Shown piece by piece: positions 21,901-32,970 of a DNA stretch of 35,805 bases. Position numbers and translations under genes: made by a program. The notes under the pieces are model-generated. The model did not search any database, was not told where the DNA came from, and saw nothing but the letters and a program-made list of their open reading frames with translations. Source of the DNA: Guillardia theta CCMP2712 (taxonomy: Eukaryota; Protista; Cryptophyta); assembly GCF_000315625.1 (NCBI RefSeq), contig NW_005434399.1:1-35805 (forward strand), read 5' to 3'. Position 1 is the stretch's first letter. Every line of letters starts with the position of its first letter.

Positions 21901-22294
21901 CGTTCCCAGCTGACCTTCAGCTGCAGCTGCTCCCCCTTCTACTCCCCGGAGAACCGCCACCTTGCTTCCAACTTCGTGGTATGAGGAGGAGCACGAGCAG
22001 CAGGGGCAGGAGGAGGAGGATGGAAGAGGAGGAGGAGCAGGAGGAGAGGTGGGGAGAGGTTGTAGTGGTGGTGAAGTAGTAGTAGTAGGACGAAGGCGAG
22101 GGCAAGGGCGAGAAGGGCGAGGACGAGAAGCAAGGGGGAGGAAGATAAGGAGACGAGGAGGAGGAGGCGGCGGGGGGTGAGGGGCAGCATTTTTGACGAG
22201 GTCGCAGCGTTTCGCCTTCTGCAAGACCGACGAGACGCTCCAGGAGGCGCTGGAGGCCTTCCGGGTGATCGGACAAGCAGAGCAGAGCAAGTGA
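18986..22294 (+). CDS. PLP-dependent class I/II aminotransferase (kynurenine/glutamine/methionine transaminase family), probably plastid-targeted
   Basis: Motifs VNLGQGFPD, NQY, VTVGASQAL, EPFFDLY, LNSPHNPTGKV, SDEVY, PLP-lysine SAGKTFSVTGW and terminal RFAFCK. N-terminal signal peptide MYRALPFFMCFVVASG/F plus an S/P/R-rich transit peptide. First exon 18986-20053, then many small exons. Confidence 0.88.
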
Positions 22295-22382
22295 GAGGAG
22301 GAGGAGGAGGAGGAGGAGGAGGAGGAGGAGGAGAGACGTTGAGAACTTGTCAGAGGGCAGAAGAACAACAAAGGTCGTGCTC

Positions 22383-22961
22383 CTAACATTCACTGAGTTG
22401 CCTCTCCTTTCCCTCCTCTTTCCTATCACGATCATCCTGCTTCCTCNNNNNNNNNNNNNNNNNNNNNNNNNNNNNNNNNNNNNNNNNNNNNNNNNNNNNN
22501 NNNNNNNNNNNNNNNNNNNNNNNNNNNNNNNNNNNNNNNNNNNNNNCTTCACTTCCTCCTTCCTCCTCTCCTCCTCCCTTTTCCTCTCCTCCTCCCGTTT
22601 CCTCTCCTCCTCCTTCCTCCTCTCCTCCTCCTTCCTCCTCTCCTCCTCCCTTTTCCTCTCCTCCTCCCTTTTCCTCTCCTCCTCCCGTTTCCTCTCCTCC
22701 TCCCGTTTCCTCTCCTCCTCCTTCCTCTCATTCTTTCCCTCTTTCGCCGAGCTCTTTGCTTTCTGCTTCCCTTCTTTCCCCTCCTCGACTTCTTTCATGT
22801 CGTACACGCCCGTCCACACGTCGCTCTCCTCCATCCCTGCTGCCTTTGCCATCGCCTTCACCACCACCCGACCTCCTCCCACCAGTTCCTGAAGGAAAGG
22901 AAAGGCGTTAGTCATCCTTCTCTGCCTTCCAGTTTACATCATCATCATCACCACCACCACC

Positions 22962-23006
<45 letters not shown>

Positions 23007-23471
23007 TTCTTCTTCTTCTTCTTCTTCTTCTTCTCTGCCAGTATCCTCATGCTCGTCTCACCACTCGATCTCCAGCTTTGATGCTCGTCGACTTGCGCGT
23101 TGGCCTCGTCCCGTCCAGCGAGTAGAAAATCTTGACGAGTAGGTGAGGAGAGGAGAAACAGGAAGGGAAGGCGGAGGCGGAGGAGGAGGAGGAACAGAAG
23201 AAGGAACAGGCGAAGGAAGAGGAGGAGGAACAGGTGGTGGTGGAAGAGGGAATTGAGGGGGGGAGGGGTAGCAGGAGGGGGTAGAGGACCTCTGCTCCGC
23301 TGGTCGAACATTTGAACATGATCGACTTGTGGCCCTGAATGTCATGAGGGCGAGGAAAACCTTCTGCTCCGCATAAGTTAGGAGACGAGATGAGCAGCAG
23401 GAGCAGCAGCAGAAGGAAAAGGAGAAGAGGCAGGAGCAGGGGCAGGGGCAGGGGCAGGGGCAGGGGCAGGG

Positions 23472-23511
<40 letters not shown>

Positions 23512-24596
23512 ACCTGGAGTTGCAGCTCGGAGCCGCTGCTTCGCCTTGCCGAAGAAGCGCATGAGAAAGAAGGTGGAGAAGAAGAGAAGAGAGACGAGGA
23601 GAAACTGAAGGAGAAGGTCAGCACAGCATTTCCTTCACTTTCCCCCACCATGATGCACTGCAAGCAGGTCGTCCTCCTGTTCTTCGCCCGCTGCTCGTCG
23701 ACCCTCAAGTTGATCCGTTTGATTTTCTTCGACGAGAATCAGAAGAAAAGAGGAGGAAGGAGAGAGGGAGGGAGGAGAGGGAGGGAGGAGAGGAGAAGAA
23801 GGAGAGGGAGGAGAGGAGAGGAGGAGGGAGGAGAGGAGAGGATGGAGGGAGGAGATTTAGGGAGGAGAGGAGAAGAAGGAGAGGGAGGAGAGGAGAGGAG
23901 GAGGGAGGAGAGGAGAGGAGGGAGGGAGGAGAGGGAGGGAGGAGAGGAGAGGAGGACGGAGGAGAGGAGAGGAGGAGGGAGGAGAGGAGAGAAGGGAGGG
24001 AGGAGAGGCAGGGATCGACAAGATGAAGGAGGGCAAGGAGGGATGGAAGGGGTCGAGGAGAAGGACCTGGATTCCACCTGCCATCTCGTCATCCATGGAG
24101 GTTAGCCTCTTGTTATCCTGCACGATGGTCGCATGCATCGCCTCCACGTTCCGCTTCAGCGTGCTCGTCATGTTCGCGAGCTCCTCCTGTTCCTCCTCCT
24201 TCAGCCTCCCTCCCTCCCTCCTCTCCTCTCCTCTCCCTGCCTTCATCCTCGACTGGATCTTCTTGTCCTCCTCCAGCGCCTCCTGCACGTGCGAACCTTC
24301 TCCTCCTACACGGCGGCGCAGCACATGACCCGTCCGTCCTGCTCCTCTCCTTCAGCATCCCAGCAGCACAGCAAGAGCAGCACCAAGCAGCTGCGAACGT
24401 CGGTCGGACAGGCTGTGCGGCAAGGAGGACGCAACAGATGGCTGCATGGCGGGAGCAGAGAGGAAGGGAGACTCGCTCGCCTCCTTGCGCGCCTCCCCTT
24501 GCTGAACACCCTGTCAACGGACTAGCTGTAGATCCTCGCACCCTCCACAACGCGCCTCCTCCTCTGTATCTTTCCACTCTTACCCACTCTCTTCCC

Positions 24597-24634
<38 letters not shown>

Positions 24635-25717
24635 GCTCATCCTCAGCCTCATTTACCTGCTCAGACCTTCTCCGCGCTTCCTCTGCAGTAGCAGCAGCAG
24701 CAGCGAGGGTCCTTTCATGCTCCTTGAGAGTTTCCGGGGCAGGCGGCCTGTGAACGACGTTAGACGAGGTGAAAATGAGAAGAGAAGAGAAGAGAAGAGA
24801 AGAGAAGAGAAGAGAAGAGAAGAGAAGAGAAGAGAATAGGAGAGAACAGAAGAGGAGAGAAGAGGAGAGAAGAGGAGCGAAGAGGTGAGATGAGGTGAGG
24901 TGAGGTGAGGTGAGAAGGCAAGGCAAGGCAAGAGAAGGGGATCGGGGAGGATCGGGAGGGAACGAGGACAACGGAAGGAAGGAAAACAAGAAATGATCGT
25001 GCAACCTGTCCTCTCGCTTCAGCTCTTCTAAGAGCTCCCGCATCCTCCTCACATACGCCTCAAGCTTCCTCCAGCGGATATCACTTCTGTGCAACCCTCC
25101 AACCAAGATCTGCTCCTCGTCCCCATCTTCCTCCTCGCTCAAGCGACATGCGCGTGCAAGCCTGAGAAATCGACATATGATACGAAGCTCGAGGTTTCAG
25201 CATCGCAAGCGATGGACAAGAAGACCAGCAATGAGGGGAGGGAACGATAGAGGTGGCATACAGAAAGCAAGAAGAAGAAAAGGGAGCACCGGATTAGAAG
25301 ATGTCAAGAACATTGAACTGGGTAGGAAGACAATAGCATGCAAGAGAGGAGGGTAGAGCAATAAAATGAATCCACAGGAAACGAGTGTACTCCAACAGAG
25401 CAAGAGAGGAGACAGAGCAACGCATGCCAGCATGATATCAACAGGATCAGGACCAGGATCAGAAAGAGCAGCACCCGCAGTACCATCAGAAAGAGCAGGA
25501 GCAGGAGCAGGAGCAGGAGGAGCAGGTGCGGGAGCAGCAGCAGGGCAGCAGGAGAAGCTCTTGAGCAGCAGGAGTATTTTGAGCAGGAGCTGAAGCAGCA
25601 TGTTGAGAAGGAGCAGGAGGACATGTTGAGAAGGAGCAGGAGGACATGTTGAGAAGGAGCAGGAGGAGTTCTGCCGTCTGCTCACCGCAGGAAGTTGACC
25701 TCTGCTCGCCCCGCCAT
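22383..25717 (-). CDS. USE1: USE1-like ER Qc-SNARE with a post-TM Fn3-like (CHB_HEX_C-type) domain and charged tail
   Basis: N-terminus MAGRAEVNFLRLARAC. KLEAYV motif. SNARE helix QEELANMTSTLKRNVEAMHATIVQDNKRL. TM exon 23604-23514 (FLLVSLLFFSTFFLMRFF). The 3' end crosses an N gap, so the stop at 22383 is tentative. Confidence 0.8.
22447..22546. other. Assembly gap (100 N)
   Basis: Run of N; true length unknown. Confidence 1.
24778..24835. repeat. (GAGAA)n microsatellite in a USE1 intron
   Basis: Directly visible. Confidence 0.9.
25598..25668. repeat. 23-nt minisatellite (catgttgagaaggagcaggagga) x3 in USE1 intron 1
   Basis: Directly visible. Confidence 0.85.
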
Positions 25718-26059
25718 GCCAGGAGCGTGGTCTCTCCAGAACTTTGAAACTTTCCGTGCAACCAAACTTTGAAACTTTACGTCAATTGAAAGTTTGGACT
25801 ATAATATCATAGCCAGTGGCGCTGACTCGGTGCTGCAGGGCCTCAACTCCGAGTCGCTCGGACTACGTGAGAACTGAACTCGAAGTTCAGCTGGACTATC
25901 ATGAGGACAATCAGAAGAGTCGAGGAGGCTTGACCCTGACACTGTTTCAATGAATCATTGACTGGCAGAGACTAGTCGGAATGGAAAAATTGAGTTTACT
26001 AGAACAAGAAGGCGAAGGGGGAGGATGAGAGAGGGAAAACAATAAGGAATACAAGTGAA

Positions 26060-27943
26060 TTAGAAGTCATCAAGAGATCCGAGGGAGAGGCCGGCGGCTC
26101 GGGAGCCCGATTCTCTCTTCTTCAGCTCTTCCTGCCAGCTAGCGAGCTTAGAAACCACTGGCTGATCTCCTTTTTTCTCGTGTGTCGCTTTCGTTGAGTC
26201 GGGGGAGTCGAAAACGTTAAAAGAATCGGGGTTCTTGTGCTTTGCCTCAAGCTCATTCCATCCATCCCCTCGCACCTTCTTCACCTGTTCTTCAGCTCAG
26301 CGTCGCCTGCTCGAGCAACAACACTCCTTCACCTGCTTTACCTGGTTCACACGCGCAGCTTCCTCCAGTCCCGCAAGCATCCGATTGTTCGATTCGACCT
26401 ACCACATCCCATCACTTCATGATCCACGTCTGCAAGGTCTTCTTACCACGTCCTTCACACTCGGCTCCGCCTTGTCTCGTGCTCTGTGATTTGAGCCCCA
26501 AACGTGATAAACCCCACCCACGTCACTCTGCTAACCGTCGGTCAACCAGCACGAAGGAGACCGTCATCACTCGGCACTTACCTTGGCCTTTGCGTAGGGA
26601 TTGTTCATCTCAAAAATCACGTTCCTCCTCTTCTCAGCGTTCATGATGGAGTCGGGGAGCAGGTCGCCCAAACTCCCTGTTATCTTCATTTTCTCTGCGT
26701 CCCCAGCTGCATGTAGCAGGCTGCGGTACTCGTCTCTTGCACTTCGTCTGAGCTCCGAAAGGGAGACGGTGGGAGTGCTCGAGAGCGGGCTCATAGCGAG
26801 AGACAGCAGCCGCTCGTCATTCGTGCCCTTCTGTGTGCTGGTTGCTGGTCTTGCTGACAGCGAGAGAGGAGAAGCTGAGTCGGCGAGCTGGGCATGAGGA
26901 GAGACGACTTGATGCTTGGTCGGAACTGACGAGAGGGATTGAACTCTTCCGGGCTCTAGGATCATCCCGTCCATCTTCATCTTTCGGATCAGTGCGTCAT
27001 CCCTGGCCGCCTTGGCTGTGCCAGCAGGTTTCCGAACCCGTTGCTGCCGGAGCTCAGAAGATTTCAGTGGATTTGCAACGCCTAGATCCTGTGACTCAGC
27101 CTGCACAGCTCTTTTGATCTCCTGCTGGACTCGCGCTTGATGAAGCACGGCAGTGTCTGAAGCTTTGTGCTGCATCGATGCGAGGATCCCTTGGATCTGC
27201 TTGTTTTGCTTCTGAAGTTCATCTTCTGCCGCCGGTTCTTGGCTTACTGCCGCGCTCCCAGCAGGCGGGGAGCCAGGGTACTGCGGAAGGTAAATGTTGA
27301 TGTTAATCGGGTTTGCCTGAGCCGCCCCTGTGCCCTGCTGCCCGCTCTTTTGAATTTCTTCCACGAGAGAACCCAGGTCCTGCAGTCGAAGAATCTCCTT
27401 GACAGGCACCGTTGGATGAGAGCTAAGCCCCATCAGCGATGTGCTTGCCAGCATTTGCTTCCGTCCAAGTTTCAATTCACCCTGCACAACATTGTGAGAA
27501 AACTACACGGAGCACAAGGTGTTGGTGCTGAATGCACTCACAGAGTCTCTTTGAGCTCGAAGCTCTGCAGCTAGATGTACGGCTGTTTTCTGCAGTGCCC
27601 GTAGCTTTGCAAGCTTCTGTTGAGACCGGAAGCCGTCCTGGTACAGACTCAGCCTGAACTGTTGTTCCCAGCCTCTTTCCAACAAGAGCCATACCTTTGC
27701 AAGGTCGAGTTCAGCTTCATAAAGCTTCTTGGCAACAATCTTTGCCCGATTTCTCAAGCTATCACCCTCAACTGTACCCAGGAGAGCATCGCCTTGGAAA
27801 CCAGCGTTGATACTTCCCTTACCCTCACTTGCCACCCAGACAGTGCAGGCGAACAAGAGCACAGCACCGCAAGCACAGAAACTTCCCCATCTCATCTTCC
27901 TCTTATCCTTGACGATGACAGCGATGGCGCAGTAGTCTCCCAT
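26060..27943 (-). CDS. Uncharacterised protein with N-terminal hydrophobic segment (type II membrane or secreted) and coiled coils
   Basis: ORFs 27503-28090, 26567-27487 and 26060-26284 join in frame through GT-AG introns and two small exons (SDVGGVYHVWG..., VESNNRML...). Start is either 27943 or 27895. No recognisable family. Confidence 0.65.
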
Positions 27944-28019
27944 TGGCCTTCCCCTCCCATCCCCGTCCCTTCCTCTTCCCTCCGTCACCATCGCCGCCCT
28001 CGTCCCGATATAGAGGTCG

Positions 28020-28600
28020 GACCCACCCTTGCCGTTTTGTTTTCCACCCCTACCCCCACAGAAGCAAGGGATGGTGACATAACCCCTCAATTTGATACTC
28101 GAATTAAGGGTATAAGTCCCGGATGGGTACTACCCACCAGGTCAATAAAGCAATCCAAATACCACCCCATTGGTAATTACCCCTATCGCCCGCTTCGGTA
28201 CCAACTACCCCTTGGGATTATCACCCCGTGACTCAGGCATTTCTACCCCACCTCAATCCCATGCCTTCAAGGACCCAGTCAACACCTGTTGTTTCACCCC
28301 TACCCCCCAGGTTTCACTACCCTGGAAACATTCCCATGAACCGTACCCTCCCTCACCCCAAGTGGTACCACCCCCACCCTTACCGAAGGCCTCTGACTCC
28401 GCCTCAGAGACGGTGAAGTTTCAAAAGGACTAAGCTGGGCTATATTATTTTTCAATTTCATTTAGCTGAATTACTTTCGGCTCTACAGCCGATGAGGTCC
28501 TACCTCGATAGATCTCGGGTACTAGAAAGTAGGGGTACTTGGGCCATACTGGGTCCTAGGAAGATGTGAGGAAAGTTCGGTAGGCTCACAGGTTCGCCTC
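28020..28600. promoter_or_regulatory. Divergent promoter region with ACCCC tract
   Basis: Repeated TACCCC/CACCCC between head-to-head starts at 27943 (-) and 28614 (+). Confidence 0.45.
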
Positions 28601-28613
28601 GCCTACTCAGAAG

Positions 28614-31600
28614 ATGGCGGCGCGCGTGTGCGCAGCGGTAAGGAGGAGGAGGATGAGGAGGGGGAGGGAGGGGGAGGAGGGGGGGTTGGGGGGGGAGGGG
28701 GAATTGGAGAGATCATGGCGAAGTTGAGGAGAAGAGAGGAGGGAGGAGAGATGAGACGAGGAGAGAAGGGGGAAACGGATGGAAAGCGAGGAAAGACTCG
28801 AGGCAGAAGGGACGGAAGGAGGGAGGGAGGGAGGGAAGGTAGGGGGAGAAGGACCATGAGAGTCATGGGTGAGCAAGAAGCCGTGGAAGATCGAGTCGGA
28901 GATATAGTGTGAGAGCCGAACAGGGATGGGAAAGGGAGATGATGGTGTTGAAACGGAATTTGGCGTTGCTGACGCTTGTTGCATTAGCTGAGCAAGTCAG
29001 GAGTCCAGATTGCGAGATCGTTTCGCAAGAACGCTTCCTTCTTCGGAGGTATAGCTCTGCGACTGAGCATATGAATGGCCCTTCTGAAGTGCCAGCAGCA
29101 TCGAGGATCGGCATTCTGAAGAGCTATGGATCCACGGCACGATTTATGTCGACGGAACCAATTTTGGTTCCCAAGGTAGAGGAGGAGGAGGAGGAGGAGG
29201 AGGAGGAGGAGAAGGGAAGTGCTGAGGCTGATCAGGTCAACAACATTTATCCCGTTTCAAACTTCAAGGAGGAGATTCGACGACGAGAACGAGTCGGCTT
29301 CCCCTTGTTCGTCTCAACAGACTAATCTGGTGATCATGGGCAGGTGGCGACCACTTGGTTTCCCTATCCGGTCTACTCGTTGGAGGTGATGGAAGGAGGA
29401 GAAGAGGAGGGAAGGGACGAGGATGATGGTGGAGCAGGAGTTCAAGCAGGTGGGCACATGCCAGCTGGCGTCTGCTGTCTTCCAGGTAACGGGAGGATGA
29501 TGGCGAAAGGAAGGTGACTGCTCCCGGCAGGAACCGCTCCGAGTCGATATTCTCAACCGTGTGGTCCTCTGGCAACGAGCTGGATGGAGAACGGTGAGAA
29601 GGAGAGGGAGGAGGTGGACGAGTGAGGACAGGGAGGCGGGGAGGAGGTGGACGAGTGAGGACAGGGAGGCGGGGTGAGGACGAGAAGGAGGAAGCGAACA
29701 AGTTCATGGGATCGTGGTGCATTTCAAAGAGCCTGTCTCTCACTGTTACTGGTGCAGATTGCTCGTATTGCCAAGAACCGAAACATGGTGTCTGGAGGAG
29801 GAAAAAAGCCATGGTCCGCTTCCTCCATCTTCCGCCGATGCACAACTGACTGATGTGTTAGGGCTCAGAAGAAAACGGGCAGAGCGCGCCAGGTGAGGCA
29901 GTGCTGGTCGTGTAAGGTGATGGTGACAAGTAGCTCGCTGCCAGGGCTCTATCCGAGCTCCCCACTTCAGACATGGAGGAAAGGCGCATGGGCCTGTGCA
30001 GGTGGATGACCGGAGGCTGGGGGGTCCCGTGGGATTGCTGACTCCCCGCAGCGGTCCTTTGCCATTGACATGCCCAAGAAAGTGAGACGGCTAGGAGTTC
30101 GAGTAGCTATGAGCTCTAGGTCCTCCTTGCCGCTTGAGCGCCAGGACGTTGAACGTCTCCTCCAGGATGCGAGAGGGCAAAGTCTGGATCGTTGAATCTG
30201 AGAAGCTGTCGAGTTCAAAGACTCGCCACGCAGCTGCCGTTGCCCGTCAGGTAGAATCTACGTCTGATCCTCTCCGACCTTCGCCCTCCTCGAGCCATCT
30301 GCCATTCTCTCTCTTCCTTCTCCTCTTCCTTCCTGCTCCTGTTCTGCTACCTTGCTCACTTCCAGCTCAGTGGGGATGGGATAGTTGTCTCTTCATAACG
30401 GGCTCCTCGCCAGACAAGAACTTCGACTTGGTAGGATGCGAGGGGAGGAAGTAGGGGGTGGAGGAGAGAGGGGGAGGAAGCTGCAGGAGAAGTTGGATGC
30501 AAGACGAAGTAGAAATGGACTCATTGCTACCGCAGGCGACCGGTAACCTGCCGAACCTACGTGCTATTCCCGCGCACAAGACATCAGTCTATACGTGAGG
30601 AGAAGGATGAGGTCGAGGCGCCGCTGCTGACAGAACAACTTACAGGATCCTCAAGCACAAACAGCTCGTCATTACGAAGGAGGTGAGTCGCCCTTCCTTC
30701 TCTTTCTTCTTACCTCCCCGTCTGTCCCTCTCCCCGTCTCTTAGTTCCTGTCCCTCCCCCTTCTCTTCCTCCCTTCTCTCCCTGCCTCTCATCTTCGCTC
30801 AGGCTGTTGATCTCCTTCACGTTCATTTGTTGCGATGGGCTCCAGCGGTACGTCACGTTGAATGTGGAGGCGAAGGGGACGGGAGGAGACAGGAGGAAGC
30901 GAGAGGAGGAGACAGGAGGAAGCGAGAGGAGGAGGAGGAGGAGGAGGAGGAGGAGGAGGAGGAGGAGGAGGAGGAGGAGGAGGGGGGGGGAGGAGGAGGG
31001 AGAAGAAGGAGGAGCTGGTGGTCGTCGTCCTCTTGTTCTGCTTGAGGAGGAGGTGGTTGTTGGTGGTGGTGGTGGCGGCGGCGCCGGCGGCGGCTCCTCC
31101 TCCTCATCCTCATGCTGTTGTCGTGGCNNNNNNNNNNNNNNNNNNNNNNNNNNNNNNNNNNNNNNNNNNNNNNNNNNNNNNNNNNNNNNNNNNNNNNNNN
31201 NNNNNNNNNNNNNNNNNNNNNNNNNNNGAAGATGTAGTAGTAGTAGGAGTTGTAGTCACATCCTCTCGGCGAGAAGAAGATGATGATGATGAAGATGAGG
31301 CAGTCGTCGCTGCTGCTGGTGGTAGCAGTAGATGAAGAAATCCACTCATCCCGACGGTATGATCGTACAGCAACACCTCCTTCTTCGTCGGAGTAATTGT
31401 TCGGCGGATAATAATAATACTGATGCTGATGTAGCACCAGCAGCAACGAGGATCATTATGATGATCATCTATTCCTCCACCTCACGATCGTCGGCGGCGA
31501 CGATGATGGTGGTGGTGGTGGAGGAGGAGGAGGAGGAGGAGGAGGAGGAGGAGGGATGTGTGGGGAAAGAGAGAGGAGGATGCAGGGAGGGAGAGGCCAT

Positions 31601-31677
31601 GACTTGGCATGCAGGACTGGAAGATGAAGAACCTTGTTGAGATTCCCGAGGGCTGCGCGCAGACCCTCTCTCAATGA
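28614..31677 (+). CDS. MRPL4: Mitochondrial ribosomal protein L4 (uL4m), many small exons
   Basis: Presequence MAARVCAA...STARFMST. uL4 motifs [85 protein letters not shown]. Solid to 30847; the last exon (31615-31677) lies beyond an N gap and is tentative. Confidence 0.88.
31128..31227. other. Assembly gap (100 N)
   Basis: Run of N; true length unknown. Confidence 1.
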
Positions 31678-31729
31678 ACGTCTCCTTATTCTGATCATCC
31701 TTCCCACCTCTGACACTATCAGTCAAGAT

Positions 31730-32901
31730 CTACAGACTCTCCCCGTCCTCCCCTTCCTCCCTCGCTCCCTGCTCTCTTCGCCCTTCGGCAGCTCGAGCAA
31801 GAAGCTGACGTCGATCGAGGGGAGTAAGGAGATGCGTGATGCTCAGCTGCTTCCCGTCTCCCCTCGCGCCCTCACCTTCCCCTTCCTGATCACAAGGCGG
31901 CAAATCAGCGAGACGAAGACCGAGGGATGCGATGGGAGACCTTGACATGCTCTTTCTCCTTGGAGCCCCCGAGGACTTGTCGCTTCCACTCCTCGTACTG
32001 CGATCGTCGCTGCTTCTTCGCCTCCTCCTGCTCCTCTTCCTTCATCCGCTTCATGTGCCCCTTCCCCACTCGAGGCTTTCCGTCACTTTGAAAAGTCACC
32101 ACCTGCTGCTGCTCTTTCCCTCCCTGCGGCTGCACTTGCTCCTTCTCCCCTGCCTGGACCTTGTCCGGCATCTTAGGAGTCGCCTGCAGCCTCCCCATCG
32201 CGATCATGCTTGACAGCCTTTGCGATGCGCTCGGCAGCTTCCGTCGGTCGTTCAGGGAGGAGGCGGTGACGGAGGAATGTTTCTTCACGGTCTCGCAGCT
32301 GCTGAAGCTGAGCAGAAGTCAAGGGAGGAAGGAGGAGAGGAGGGTCTACCTCTGCTTGTCTTGTAGTTTGGGTTCTGGTGACTTGAAGCAAGTGTCGTGC
32401 GATTCAGCAGAAGGAGCAGGAAGGGACGTAGGAACAGCTGCAGAGGCAGGGGTAGAGGTGAGAGCAGGAGCAGGAGCAGAAGGAGCCTCAGCATATGCAG
32501 GATCCTCAGCAGGAGCCGGAGTAGCAGCAGGAGCATGAGCAGGAGCTGATGCTGATGCTGCAGCAGAAGCAGGAGCTGCAGCACCTGCAGGAGCAGGAGC
32601 AGGAGCAGGTGCTGATGTAGCAGCCTCGTGCTGCTCAAGGATTGGCTGCTTGCTACAAGGAGGAGGATCGATCACGCTTGCAGCTGCTGATTGCGTGTCC
32701 CTTGCGCCGTGAAGAGGGGCTGGGAGCAGCAAGTGAGGGAGGGGAAGCAGCAACGTCAGTACCACCTCCATCCCTCGCCGAGCCCAACACTCTCTTCTCC
32801 TCCTCAGAGGGCTCGCAACTGTGAAAGAAAAATGAATGGAACTCACAAGAAGGGTGAATGAAGGTGAGAGGAGAAGAGAGCGAGGGAGCGAGGCAGGCAA
32901 C

Positions 32902-32970
<69 letters not shown>

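Noticed and set aside
25598-25668. Short direct repeats as a CRISPR array (also 29608-29675 and 34625-34660)
   Set aside because: Tandem units without unique spacers, eukaryotic non-coding context, no cas genes.
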